Position numbers and translations under genes: made by a program. From the NCBI GenBank assembly GCA_964016885.1, contig OZ024748.1:3162001-3226000 (forward strand): DNA of 64,000 nt, read 5' to 3'. This stretch comes from Eledone cirrhosa. Lineage: Eukaryota. Shown piece after piece: positions 12,584 through 26,090 of this stretch. The notes beneath the pieces were generated by a model, which saw only the letters and a program-made list of their open reading frames with translations, had not been told where the DNA came from and did not search any database. Every line of letters starts with the position of its first letter. The stretch's first letter is position 1.

Positions 12584-14024
12584 ATATATGTGTGTGTGTG
12601 TGTGTATATATGTGTGTGTGTATATATATATATGTGTTTGTGTGTGTGGATATATGTATGTGTATAGGTGTGTGTGTGTGTGTCTGTGTCTTTCAGAATC
12701 AACATCCTACTTATGTTTGAACTTGTAGTAACTTTAGATGTGGTAAACAACAAATAATAAAATGTAATGTGTACAATGTGTAGTTATGGCTGAGTGGTTA
12801 ACAAGGTTACCATGAATTCAATATCTGTATATAGGCTCATAGATTAGTAAATTGTTCTCGGTATGGTGAACTAACTGTTGTGTAACCACTTCTATATATG
12901 GAAGTATGTTTTGAAACAGCGAGCGAGTTTGATGATATACCATTAGATAAGTATTACATTTATACAATCTTGTGTAAATTAATTAAAACAAATTCTGTAA
13001 ACAATGAAAAATCAGTTTTATTCAAATTTCTTTCCATAATAAATTCATAGACTCACATCATTACATGATAGGATCTCCTCTACTAATGAGAAGTATTTGG
13101 AACTGTATTGGAGGATATTGGAGTCCTTATGCGAGACTAACATTAGGACCTCAGTCAATTCCGTCGTTTAACATTCATTTTCCATGCTAGCATGGGTAGG
13201 ACGGGCTGTCCCTTTGTGAGAGATCAGGTCAGAGGACCGTGTTTCACTCACACAACCGATTTTTGTCTGGTTTCTACAGCTGGATGCCCTCCGTAACTCC
13301 AACCGTAACCATATATATACACCTGTGGGCTTTTAGTCAGGGGCTGTCCCGAGCCTTCAGTTAATTGAATGTAGAGCCAATAGCTTTACAAGCAGTGAAA
13401 CATGAAAATAATCACCCTTTCTCTATAAAGTTATGTTGGTACCACAACATCCAGTCCAAACTAATGAGATCGTGTAGGCGTCGTGACAAAAAAACACACA
13501 GTCCACGCTGTAATGTGGTCATGTAGGTAACACGGTGAAAAGCTCCCAGTCCACACTGTAAATATGATTGGTGTTAGGAAAGGCATCCAGCCGTAGAAAA
13601 CCTGCCAGACAGTCCTATACGAGCGAGACACAGTCACCCGACCAATCTTGCCTCAAGTGGGACAACTCCCCTCTAACCCATGCTAGCATGGAAGATAGAC
13701 GTTAAACGATGATGATGATGATGATGAAATAATGTTTGTCTTTGTGCATGGATTTTCTGTCAGTATTAATAGAATAAAATGGAATGATAGCAGGAAGGTG
13801 TAGCACTGACACATCGTATTATGAAAAGAGGAGTATTATTCTGTTAGAAGAGCAAACTTATCCAACCCATAACTGGTGTGAAAAATATTTGTTTCAGAGC
13901 AAACTCATAAACAATAAGTTTATGAGAATATGCTATTGTGGATAAAAACGCAATAAATATAAGAGGTTTAACAATTTAACAAAGAAAGGTTTTAAAATCT
14001 TACATACATATGTATGTGTATGTT

Positions 14025-14081
<57 letters not shown>

Positions 14082-15257
14082 ATACACACATGCGCATATA
14101 TTTAAAACCTCCATACTTCTTGAAATTCAACAACACTATACCTGATATCCCCCCTCCATACATTCGCACACATGTATAGCATGACTCATGCACTGTTCAC
14201 TTTCCTGATATTTGTACATTATTCTGTGTACTATACATGCACCTTTGGTGAGATGTAGTGCACCTCAGCACTGTACACAATCATTTCATATATATAAATG
14301 TAAACTAAGTTTTTTTAATATTAATTCGTTTGCAATTATGCAAACAAACCTCATTTTTAAAGCCATGACAGTAGAATGAGCCCCTCATTCTTGCTCTTGT
14401 GTTTTATATATATCATTTACAATGGACTTTGTTATGAAATAGAAGTTAAGGTTAAGCAGAAAAATAGGGTAAATGAAAAAAGGGGAAAAGAAAGACGCAG
14501 GGGAGAATTTGTACTAAAATCCTAGGGGTAAGGTTAGATGAGTATATTTTAGTAAGGGATGAAAATGGGATGTAATACTTTATTTTAGATACCATATGCC
14601 ATGCCATTTTCCTGTAACAGCCACAATAGGTGTGATAACCTGGTGAAGTTTAACAATAGCAAGACACAAATATTACTTATTTCAAAGGAAAAAAAAAAGA
14701 ATTATACCACTAAGTCATTTCTTATGACCATCTGGAAACAACATCAGCAGGATATGGTTTATCTATCATGTAAAATGATAAAATTTATTAAGATTATAGA
14801 TAGCTTAACCAACAGTGTTCTGAGATGGAGTATAGAGGACACCCAGGGTAACACATTTTGATGAGAATGTCAGGTTTAACCCTTTTGATAACAAATTGAC
14901 TCTGGTCCTTGTTCCATGATGCAACAGACATTGTGTATATGAAGCTGATCTCTTAGACTTTTATGAAGCACTGAGGGAATGAAGTTAATATAAAGAATGG
15001 TGTCCTCATGTATGGATATACTATGAAATAGGGTCAAAACCCTTAAAGATGGAAAAAGAAGCAGCCGATAGCCACTTATTTTTCTGTCTTTAAGGGCTGT
15101 CACCTTATTTTATAAGCTATTCTATAGTGAAGGTGCATGGCTAAGTGTATTGGGCTTGTAATCAGGAAATTGTAAGTTTGATTCTCGGACATGGTGATGT
15201 GTCCTTCAGCAAGACACTTTATTTCACGTTGCTCCAGTTTACTCAGCTGTAGAAATG

Positions 15258-15695
15258 AGTTGTGACATCACTGGTGCCAAGCTGTATCAGCCATTGCCTG
15301 TCCCTTGGACAACATCACATGCACTATATATATATAGTGTATAGTATATGTTGTGACATCACTGGTGCCAAGCTGTATCAGCCATTGCCTTTCCCTTAGA
15401 CAACATCACATGCACTATATATATATAGTGTATAGTATATGTTGTGACATCACTGGTGCCAAGCTGTATCAGCCATTGCCTGTCCCTTGGACAACATCAC
15501 ATACAGTATATATATAGTGTATAGTATATGTTGTGACATCACTGGTGCCAAGCTGTATCAGCCATTGCCTGTCCCTTGGACAACATCACATACAGTATAT
15601 ATATATAGTGTATAGTATATGTTGTGACATCACTGGTGCCAAGCTGTATCAGCCATTGCCTGTCCCGTAGACATCACATGCACTGTATATATAGT
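15258..15695. repeat. ~90-bp tandem array (5 copies) from SINE tail
   Basis: GTTGTGACATCACTGGTGCCAAGCTGTATCAGCCATTGCC...ACAACATCAC + TA spacer. Confidence 0.9.
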
Positions 15696-16049
15696 GTATA
15701 TATAGTTGTGTATAATCAATGGTCCCCTCCCACCTAAATTACTGGTCTGGTGCCTAAATTAGAAACTATTATTATTTTATCATTAGGACAGTGGATTGGC
15801 AGTATCAGTAGAGAGTCGGGCGCTATGCTTTGCGTCATAGAGTTACGGTCCTTTACATTCTGAATTCAAATCTCGCCAAGGTTAACTTTGCCTTTCATCC
15901 TTACCGTGTCGATAAAATACAGTACCAGTAATACACTGGGGTAATTGCTGGCCTTGTGCCAAAAGTAGAAACAATTATTATTATTATCACTGTGTCACGC
16001 AGTGCAGATAGATAATACACCAGGATATTTAGTCATCTATCAAGATACA

Positions 16050-16290
16050 ACAAAGACTTCTTCAAATTGTGTGCAGTACCTAACAAAGCCACCTTTTGTA
16101 TGATACCCAACCTCTATAGTATTCCCAGTCACTTTAAGAAGTTTTGAAGTTTCAGTGGGATTGGCCCTAATGCCTCCATGATCACAACTGGTATCACTGT
16201 TACATTACCCTCTTACATTCCAGATAGTCTTGCCAGCTCTGCTTTCAATTCAGAGTACTTGGTTTATTTCTTCCAATCTCCCTACTCACA
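16050..16290 (-). mobile_element. Decayed RLE-type (R4/NeSL-like) non-LTR retrotransposon 3' fragment
   Basis: Minus translation KYSELKAEL...VIPVVI..LG...QKVALLGTA with stops. Confidence 0.7.
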
Positions 16291-16299
16291 ATATTCATG

Positions 16300-17586
16300 T
16301 CATTTGTTATGGTCACGTCTATCATCTGGCAGTATTTGTTATGGTCACGTCTATCATCTGACAGTATTTGGTATGGTCACATCTATCATCTGACAGTATT
16401 TGTTATGGTCACGTCTATCATCTGGCAGTATTTGGTATGGTCACATCTATCATCTGGCAGTATTTGTTATGGTCACGTCTATCATCTGACAGTATTTGGT
16501 ATGGTCACATCTATCATCTGACAGTATTTGTTATGGTCACGTCTATCATCTGGCAGTATTTGGTATGGTCACATCTATCATCTGGCAGTATTTGTTATGG
16601 TCACGTCTATCATCTGGCAGTATTTGGTATGGTCACATCTATCATCTGGCAGTATTTGTTATGGTCACGTCTATCATCTGGCAGTATTTGTTATGGTCAC
16701 GTCTATCATCTGGCAGTATATGGTATGGTCACATCTATCATCTGACAGTATTTGGTATGGTCACATCTATCATCTGACAGTATTTGTTATGGTCACGTCT
16801 ATCATCTGACAGCATTTGGTATGGTCACATCTAGCATCTGGCAGTATTTGTTATGGTCACGTCTATCATCTGACAGTATTTGGTATGGTCACATCTATCA
16901 TCTGGCAGTATTTGTTATGGTCAGGTCTATCATCTGGCAGTATATGGTATGGTCACATCTATCATCTGACAGTATTTGGTATGGTCACATCTATCATCTG
17001 ACAGTATTTGTTATGGTCACATCTATCATCTGACAGTATATGGTATGGTCACATCTATCATCTGGCAGTATATGGTATGGTCACATCTATCATCTGACAG
17101 CATTTGTTATGGTCACATCTATCATCTGACAGTATATGGTATGGTCACGTCTATCATCTGACAGCATTTGGTATGGTCACATCTATCATCTGGCAGTATT
17201 TGTTATGGTCACATCTATCATCTGACAGTATTTGTTATGGTCACATCTATCATCTGACAGTATATGGTATGGTCACATCTATCATCTGGCAGTATATGGT
17301 ATGGTCACATCTATCATCTGACAGCATTTGTTATGGTCACATCTATCATCTGACAGTATATGGTATGGTCACATCTATCATCTGGCAGTATATGGTATGG
17401 TCACATCTATCATCTGACAGTATATGGTATGGTCACATCTATCATCTGACAGCATTTGGTATGGTCACGTCTATCATCTGGCAGTATATGGTATGGTCAC
17501 ATCTATCATCTGACAGTATATGGTATGGTCACATCTATCATCTGACAGCATTTGGTATGGTCATGTCTATCATCTGACAGTATTTG
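16300..17586. repeat. 32-bp satellite, ~40 copies
   Basis: Unit TGGTATGGTCACATCTATCATCTGACAGTATT with recurring variants. Confidence 0.95.
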
Positions 17587-17667
17587 TCTTGTTCAATACG
17601 ACAGTGTCCTGTCTGTAATGTTTAATTATTCTTTCAGTTTTTATGACATTCAATCAGTAGAGCGTAC

Positions 17668-17802
17668 AGTAGCACCAGCAGCAATGGTGGTGGTGGTAGT
17701 GGTAGTAGTAGTAGTAGTAGTAGTGGTGGTAGTGGTGGTAGCAGCAGCAGTAGTAGTAGTGGTGGTGGTGGTGGTAGCAGCAGCAGCAGTAATAGTAGTA
17801 GT
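17668..17802. repeat. (GTG/GTA/GCA)n trinucleotide tract
   Basis: Direct inspection. Confidence 0.9.
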
Positions 17803-18452
17803 ATTGTACTGGAGTTATAGCTATTGGTGGTATGGGGGTGGTGTTATTGTTGCTGTTCTTGTTATTAATGTATTTGAAAAGATATCAACCATTGCTTTCT
17901 TTTGTTGCTTCATTTTTATTTCATCTGAGCAATCCGGTTTAAGAAAGTTTCCCTCAGTGGCTGTCTCATGATATCAACCCACCTTTATACACTAGGTTAT
18001 AAATAAATAAAAGCTATCCTATAGAATTCTTTCTTCTCAGAATTCAAATCAAGACATTTTGATTTTTTTTAAATTTGGATAAATATGAACTTTGGAACGG
18101 GATTTAAGAATCAGTTCCTTGGGGGAAATGTATTTGACATTTCCAGCACATTCCTGGTCACTTATTATTATTGTTTGGTGCTGGATTGCAGCATAGAGTT
18201 ACAGTCTGAGTTAAAATCCCGCTGAGGTTAATTTTGCCTTTCATCCTTATGGAGGTCGATAAAATAAAGTACCAGTAATGCATTGGGGTTGATTTAATCG
18301 ACTTTCCCTCCCTCAAAATTGTTGGCCTTGTGCCTAAATCAGAAACCATTATTATTATTTGTTTTTACAAACATGTTTTTTTTTTTTTTAATTCAAGGTG
18401 TATTGTGTGAATTAAATAAATAAATAAAAGAGTTAATAAGGTGAATATTTAC

Positions 18453-18591
18453 CTATTGTTGCTTCACAAAATAATTCACTTGCTACTTCATGTGCAATGT
18501 TGGCCCCCATTAACACAGCACATTCTATACCAAGGTTTTCTGATATTACTTCAGACAGAAGTCTAATACCGCCTTCATACATGTCAAAACC
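18453..18591 (-). CDS. GPD1: GPD1 exon 4 (GFD...[12 protein letters not shown]...FCEATIG)
   Basis: 139 nt, AG/GT bounded; LMGANIA motif. Confidence 0.95.
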
Positions 18592-19137
18592 CTGGTAAGA
18601 CATATAGATATACAGATAGACATAATGGTTTTCTGAAGAGGAAGGGGGAAAAGTCCACAGTTAAAAAAGGCACTTGATACATTAAAAGAGAAGGTACATG
18701 ATTTATTTCATAGAGAAATTAGTTCCACAATATTTTCATGAAAAAAGGGTGTGGTATATATATATATAAGTATAGTGTGTGTGTGTAGATAATCTTTTCA
18801 AAAATATCTTACGAATGTGGTTTTGTGTTAAATGTTAAATGTTTTTTTAAATATTTCATAATAATTATTTCTGATTTAGGCACAAGGCCAACAGTTTTGA
18901 GGGAAGGGTAAGTCAATTAAATCGACCCCATAAGAATGAAAGGCTAAGCTAACTTTAGCGTAATTTGAACTCAGAACATAAGGGTCATAATTCTATGCAA
19001 GAAAGCAGGTTGTTCGATGCCCTACCCATACTACCAATTCACTGCCCTTAAATATTTCATAATAATTAATTATAAATTAAGATAAATGTTCTAAAAATTT
19101 TTAAATTAAGGATTTAAAAAATAGATAAATTATTTAC

Positions 19138-19278
19138 TTTAATTAGAGAGATAGCTATTGCTCCAGGTTTGATATTGCCTTTAATAGTACTACATATTCC
19201 TTGGACAAACTGGTGTGGTAAAACAAATATCAAGATATCAGCATGCTCTGTAGCTTTCACAACATCTGGGACGGCAAT
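19138..19278 (-). CDS. GPD1: GPD1 exon 3 (IAVPDV...[12 protein letters not shown]...ISLIK)
   Basis: 141 nt, AG/GT bounded, phase 0; PHQF and SLIK motifs. Confidence 0.95.
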
Positions 19279-19754
19279 CTAGAAGAAAGAAAGGAAAGAT
19301 ATATTAATACAATAAAAATAAGTGTTTTAAGCCATTTCTTCTGCTAAAGTGGGGCTTAAGAGGGGTTAACCTAGAGGGAGTTAGATTTGTTAAAGGGTTA
19401 ATCTTTTCATTACCATATTTCTAATGAAAGACATTACCTAGGGCTTTAACCCTTTAGCATTTACATTACTCTATCTTTACTATTGTATTTTCATGGTAAA
19501 GGCTTTATCTCAAATAATATTGAATCTATAAGACTTTGATATTATTCATTCTGAGAACAATGCCTTAACATCAGTATGATTAGCAAGTTACAGCTAGTAT
19601 GAACAGAAAGGGGTGAGAGAATTCTGGCCGGATGTGGCCGGTTTAAATGCTAAAGTGTTAATCCTTTCATTACCATATTTCTAATGAAAGACATTTCCTA
19701 TGGCTTTGAATGATTCTGAAAATAATCAAGAATGTCTTTTGTTTTTTTCCTTAC

Positions 19755-19935
19755 CACATTATCTGGTATTTTAGTTCCTGGGAGGTACTTGACATTAATA
19801 TGTGTTGTATTAAAAATTTCAGTCAGTTTTTGGCCCTCATGTATTTCTTCATACATATACATGTTTATCATGTGTTCAAATGAATTTGGTCGTTGGCTCA
19901 CATTTGTCGCCGCAATTTTAGCGATGGCTGAACCC
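19755..19935 (-). CDS. GPD1: GPD1 exon 2 (GSAIAKIAA...YEE...NVKYLPGTKIPDNV)
   Basis: 181 nt, ttttcag acceptor, GTAAG donor; NVKYLPG motif. Confidence 0.95.
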
Positions 19936-20224
19936 CTGAAAAATAAAGATTATCAACATTTATATATTGTAGTGTTTGTTGACAGCAGTTGACTTTAGAA
20001 ACATTGAAAAAGAAATTTTAAGTTTGATATGTGTGCGTTCCACAGCAAATGATCATAATAATAATAATTGTTTCTCCCTTTGGCACAAGGCCAGCAATTA
20101 TCCCAGTGTATTACTGGTACTTTATTTTATCAACCACGTAAGGATGAAAGACAAAGTTAACCTTGGCGGGATTTGAACTCAGTCCGTAAAGGGACATAAC
20201 TGTGCTGCAAAGCATGGCGTCCGA

Positions 20225-21520
20225 CCCTCTACCGATACTGCCAATCCCCCACCCATGCCGTATGACCCTCTACCGATACTGCCAATCCCCCACCCATGCC
20301 GTATGACCCTCTACCGATACTGCCAATCCCCCACCCATGCCGTATGACCCTCTACTGATACTGCCAATCCCCCACCCATGCCGTATGACCCTCTACCGAT
20401 ACTGCCAATCCCCCACCCATGCCGTATGACCCTCTACCGATACTGCCAATCCCCCACCCATGCCGTATGACCCTCTACCGATACTGCCAATCCCCCACCC
20501 ATGCCGTATGACCCTCTACCGATACTGCCAATCCCCCACCCATGCCGTATGACCCTCTACCGATACTGCCAATCCCCCACCCATGCCGTATGACCCTCTA
20601 CCGATACTGCCAATCCCCCACCCATGCCGTATGACCCTCTACCGATACTGCCAATCCCCCACCCATGCCGTATGACCCTCTACTGATACTGCCAATCCCC
20701 CACCCATGCCGTATGACCCTCTACCGATACTGCCAATCCCCCACCCATGCCGTATGACCCTCTACCGATACTGCCAATCCCCCACCCATGCCGTATGACC
20801 CTCTACCGATACTGCCAATCCCCCACCCATGCCGTATGACCCTCTACCGATACTGCCAATCCCCCACCCATGCCGTATGACCCTCTACCGATACTGCCAA
20901 TCCCCCACCCATGCCGTATGACCCTCTACCGATACTGCCAATCCCCCACCCATGCCGTATGACCCTCTACCGATACTGCCAATCCCCCACCCATGCCGTA
21001 TGACCCTCTACCGATACTACCAATCCCCCACCCATGCCGTATGACCCTCTACCGATACTGCCAATCCCCCACCCATGCCGTATGACCCTCTACCGATACT
21101 GCCAATCCCCCACCCATGCCGTATGACCCTCTACCGATACTGCCAATCCCCCACCCATGCCGTATGACCCTCTACCGATACTGCCAATCCCCCACCCATG
21201 CCGTATGACCCTCTACCGATACTGCCAATCCCCCACCCATGCCGTATGACCCTCTACCGATACTGCCAATCCCCCACCCATGCCGTATGACCCTCTACCG
21301 ATACTACCAATCCCCCACCCATGCCGTATGACCCTCTACCGATACTGCCAATCCCCCACCCATGCCGTATGACCCTCTACCGATACTGCCAATCCCCCAC
21401 CCATGCCGTATGACCCTCTACCGATACTGCCAATCCCCCACCCATGCCGTATGACCCTCTACCGATACTGCCAATCCCCCACCCATGCCGTATGACCCTC
21501 TACCGATACTGCCAATCCAC
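20225..21520. repeat. 41-bp tandem array, ~31 near-identical copies, grown from the head of SINE A
   Basis: Unit CCCTCTACCGATACTGCCAATCCCCCACCCATGCCGTATGA directly continues a SINE copy. Confidence 0.95.
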
Positions 21521-21961
21521 CTAATAATGATTTCTACTATAGGCACAAGGCCAGCAATTTGACCAATGAATTACTGGTACTTTATCGACCCTGTAAGGAT
21601 GAAAGGCAAAGCTAACCTCAGCGGGATTTGAACTCAGAACATTAAGGACCATAACTCTATGCTGCAAAGCATGGTGTGTGACGCTCTACCTATTAATCCA
21701 CGGTCCTAATAATAATGCTTTCTAGTATAAGCACAAGGCCAGTTATTTGGGGGAGGGGAAAGTCGATTAAATCGACCCCAGTACGTTACTGGTGCTTTAT
21801 TTAATCGACCCCGTAAGGGTGAAAGGCAAAGTTAACCTCGGTGGAATTTGAACTCAAGACGTAAAGGGCCGTAACTCTATACTGCAAAGCATGATGTCTG
21901 ACCCTCTACCGATACTGCCAATACACTGCCCTAATAATGATAATAATAGTGATGATAATGT

Positions 21962-22712
21962 TGATCAGATTATGTAATATATAGATCTAACATGGATCAG
22001 ATTATATAATATATATATATATAACATGGATCAGATTATATAATATAATATATATAACATGGATCAGATTATATAATATATATATATAACATGGGTCAGA
22101 TTATATAATATATATAACATGGATCAGATTATATAATATATATATATATATAACATGGATCAGATTATATAATATTATAACATGGGTCAGATTATGCAAT
22201 ATATAAATATATATAACATGGGTCAGATTATGTAATATAATATATATATAACATGGGTCAGATTATGTAATATAATATATATATATATAACATGGATCGG
22301 ATTATATAATGTAATATGTATATAACATGGATCAGATTATATAATGTAATATATATAACATGGGTCAGATTATGTAATGTAATATATATAAAACATGGAT
22401 CAGATTATGTAATATAATATATATAACATGGGTCAGATTATGTAATGTAATATATATATATAACATGGATCAGATTATATAATGTAATATATATAACATG
22501 GGTCAGATTATGTAATGTAATATATATATAACATGGATCAGATTATATAATATAATATATATAACATGGGTCAGATTATATAATATAATATATATAACAT
22601 GGGTCAGATTATGTAATGGATCAGATTATGTAATATATATATAACATGGGTCAGATTATGTAATGTAATATATATATATAACATGGATCAGATTATGTAA
22701 TATAATATATAG
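21962..22712. repeat. Variable-period array: AACATGG(A/G)TCAGATTAT + variable (TA)n spacer, >20 copies
   Basis: Direct inspection. Confidence 0.9.
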
Positions 22713-23569
22713 GTCTAATATGTAGAGGAAGACCACGAAAAACATGGGCGGAGGTGGTGAGAGCAGACCTCAGATTGCTGAAGCTGACGGAGGAGATAAC
22801 AAACAAAGGACCGTGACAAGTGAAGGAATGCTGTGCTGAATAGGACCTGTCCCACCCTTGCAAGCAGGGAAAAGCAGACGTAAAATGATGATGATGATGA
22901 ACATAGTTCAGATTATGTGATATATAGGTGTAACATGAGAAGGAAGCAACTGTTGAGTTTGAACATATTTATATAGCTGAGTAGCGATAGCTTGGTTTAT
23001 TTGTACTTGGATTCCATTTCTGTTTGTTTGTAGTTGATAAAAACAATTAATGCTATGTGAATGAGTGTATTTGTGTAGAAGTGTGTGTTTGTATGTGAGT
23101 GTGTGATCATGTGTATGTAAAATGTGATCATGTGTCTGTGCATGCATATATGTCTGTGTATGTGTACACCTCTGTGTTTGTGTGTGTGCGTGTGAATGTT
23201 CATATGTGGTACAGCTGGTACTACAACAAAAAGCTCCCAGTCCACTCTGTACAGTAGTAGTGCTGGTATCATGACAAGAACAACCAGTCCACCCTGTCAG
23301 GTGGTAGTTTTGGTACCACAACAAAAGCACCCAGTCCACCCTGTCAGGTGGTAGTTTTGGTACCACAACAAAAGCACTAAGGGAGTGCAAGACATTTTGT
23401 TCTACATTCTATCGATTTTTGTGTGTGCCAACCACAAATAATTAATTATTTATTGATTGTTTATCTATTCACATGTGATTACAATTTATTATAAATGTTC
23501 AAAATGATTCAGCTGTTAATATATACTTTAATTCTTTTGATACCGAACCACCTAAAACAGTCCCTAGCT

Positions 23570-24535
23570 TTTGATTTTCACAGTAAAGGGTTTACCTCAC
23601 ATAACATTTACATTACTCTATATATACTATTGTATTTTCACAGAAAAGGCTTTACCCCACATAATATCTCACATATTTACATTACTCTATATATACTATT
23701 GTATTTTCACGGTAAAGGCTTTACCTCACATAATATCTCACATAATATTTACATTACTATATATATACTATTGTATTTTCACAGTAAAGGGTTTACCTCA
23801 CATAACATTTACATTACCCTATATTTACTATTGTATTTTCACAGTAAAGGCTTTACCTCACATAATATCTCACATATTTACATTACTATATATATACTAT
23901 TATATTTTCACAGTAAAGGGTTTACCTCACATAACATTTACATTACTCTATATTTACTATTGTATTTTCACAGTAAAGGCTTTACCTCACATAATATCTC
24001 ACATATTTACATTACTATATATATACTATTATATTTTCACAGTAAAGGGTTTACCTCACATAACATTTACATTACTCTATATTTACTATTGTATTTTCAC
24101 AGTAAAGACTTTACCTCACATAATATCTCACATAACATTTACATTACCCTATATATACTATTGTATTTTCACGGTAAAGGCTTTACTTCACATAATATCT
24201 CGCATAACATTTACATTACCCTATATATACTATTGTATTTTCACAGTAAAGACTTTACCTCACATAATATCTCACATAACATTTACATTACCCTATATAT
24301 ACTATTGTATTTTCACAGTAAAGGCTTTACCTCACATAATATCTCACATAACATTTACATTACCCTATATATACTATTGTATTTTCACAGAAAAGGTTTT
24401 ACCTCGCATAATATTGAATCTATGAGATTTTGATATTATTTATTTTGAGAACAATACCTTAACATCAGTATGAGCAGTCGGTTTGAATAGAAAGAGGTGA
24501 GAGAATTCTGGCCAGTTAAAATGCTAAAGAGTTAA
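23570..24535. repeat. Tandemly amplified piggyBac-like MITE interior (49-61-bp units) ending in MITE right end
   Basis: Same unit as 9610-10085; explains the 312- and 284-aa pseudo-ORFs. Confidence 0.88.
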
Positions 24536-25744
24536 AGTGTTTAACTTTATCTAAAAATCTTCCATCATAATTTTATTTAAAAACTGTTTAAATAAAATTA
24601 TTTGATTTTAATAATGAGAAAGTCAGTTCTATTACTAAATCCTCTTCCTTCGTTATTACGGCCACAGTCGAACATCCCTGACAAAGTCACTCCCCAATTC
24701 ACGATTTGCCATTGCTCCGTTACTGAGATTTGTATCGTTTGAGATTTGATTGATGAAGGTTCAAGCAGGCCTTCCTCTACTTCATCTCTCGTAGTTGGTT
24801 CCCACAAAAGTAACTTGTGTATAACGTCAAGGTTGGTTCTCACAATAGTAAACTTGTGTATAACTTCCTACTTCTACAGCAATGTCCTGATAATCGTGAC
24901 GACCTTCTTTCAGCAATTATATCATTATCTTGGGCAAGTTTCCATATAAACTTTCATTTGTTGACATTTGTACATGATTCTATGTTCTATATGTACATGC
25001 ATCTTTGATGAATTGTAGTGCACCTGAGCACTGTACACAATCATTTTCATTATTTCATTTCATTTGTAATGCGTTGACGCCATAAACTGTCAGTCTCTGT
25101 AAATTCTTTATTGTTTTCAAAATTATTTGAAAATCATTGGCAGTGTCTTTTGTTAGAAACCTTGGTAACTAAAAGGTTAATTTATGGCATAATTAGAGTC
25201 TAGCTGAGCTAATAACCGCTCAATTTTCTGCATTGTTAGTATTAAGAGGAAGGGTATGTGGTGTGAGTTTATTAGAAAGATATCTATATTGTTATCATAT
25301 CACAAATATTACAAATGTAGGCTAAATAAATACAGAGGAGTGTGATTTCAATGTTCTATTTACAATAAATGTATGTTCCACATTTACATGTAGCTTATAG
25401 AATCTTTTACAGTTTTCAGTATATATTTGTTTTGAATCTGTTGCTTATTTTAATTATCTCTTTTTGTTGAACTGCTAATTAACAGAACAATAACACAAAC
25501 ATCCACACACACACACACACACACATATATGTATGCAAGTACACACATGCGTATGCATGCAAGTAGACACACTGACATGTAAAAGAACCAAGAAAGGAAT
25601 TCTTGCCGTGGAAACAAAACTTATTCAAGACCAGACAGTATGTTCATGTGGGGCACGCAATCTGTCAAATGTGCAGTGATATACCACTATTTGAGGTATC
25701 TGTTCATGTTGAATATGGTGCACCTCAAATGTATAGCAGTATGT

Positions 25745-26090
25745 CAATGTGCGTGAACGACCAAGCATAGATAAGTTGAAAGAGAAACTATGTATAAGAG
25801 GGATAAGCTGTAGTGTGCGGGAGAGAAGACTGCGATGGTATGGGCATGTGATGTGCATGGAGGATGACCACTGGGTAAAGAAGTGCCAAGAAATCCCAGT
25901 AGATGGAAGACGCAGTGGAAGTACACCATGAAAATTATGGGCGGAGGTGGTGAGAGCTGACCTCAGATCACTGAAGCTCACGGAGATGATGATGAAGGAC
26001 CGTGACGAATGGAGAGATGCTGTGCTGAATAGAACCCGTCCCACCCTTGCAAGCAGGGAAAAGCGGATGTAAAATGATGATGATGATGAT
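25745..26090 (+). mobile_element. RTE-clade LINE 3' end; related at 22720-22900, 37685-37830
   Basis: RERRLRWYGHV motif; tail CCCACCCTTGCAAGCAGGGAAAAGCGGA..(ATG)n. Confidence 0.85.

Noticed and set aside
18633-18657. CTGAAGA...GAAA hammerhead-like core
   Set aside because: No helix II or helix I pairing
16300-22712. CRISPR-like periodicity of the 32-bp, 41-bp and 17-bp+spacer arrays
   Set aside because: No unique spacers, no cas genes, eukaryotic intronic context
23495-24433. 312-aa and 284-aa ORFs
   Set aside because: Read-through of a tandemly amplified MITE interior; no domain or splice context
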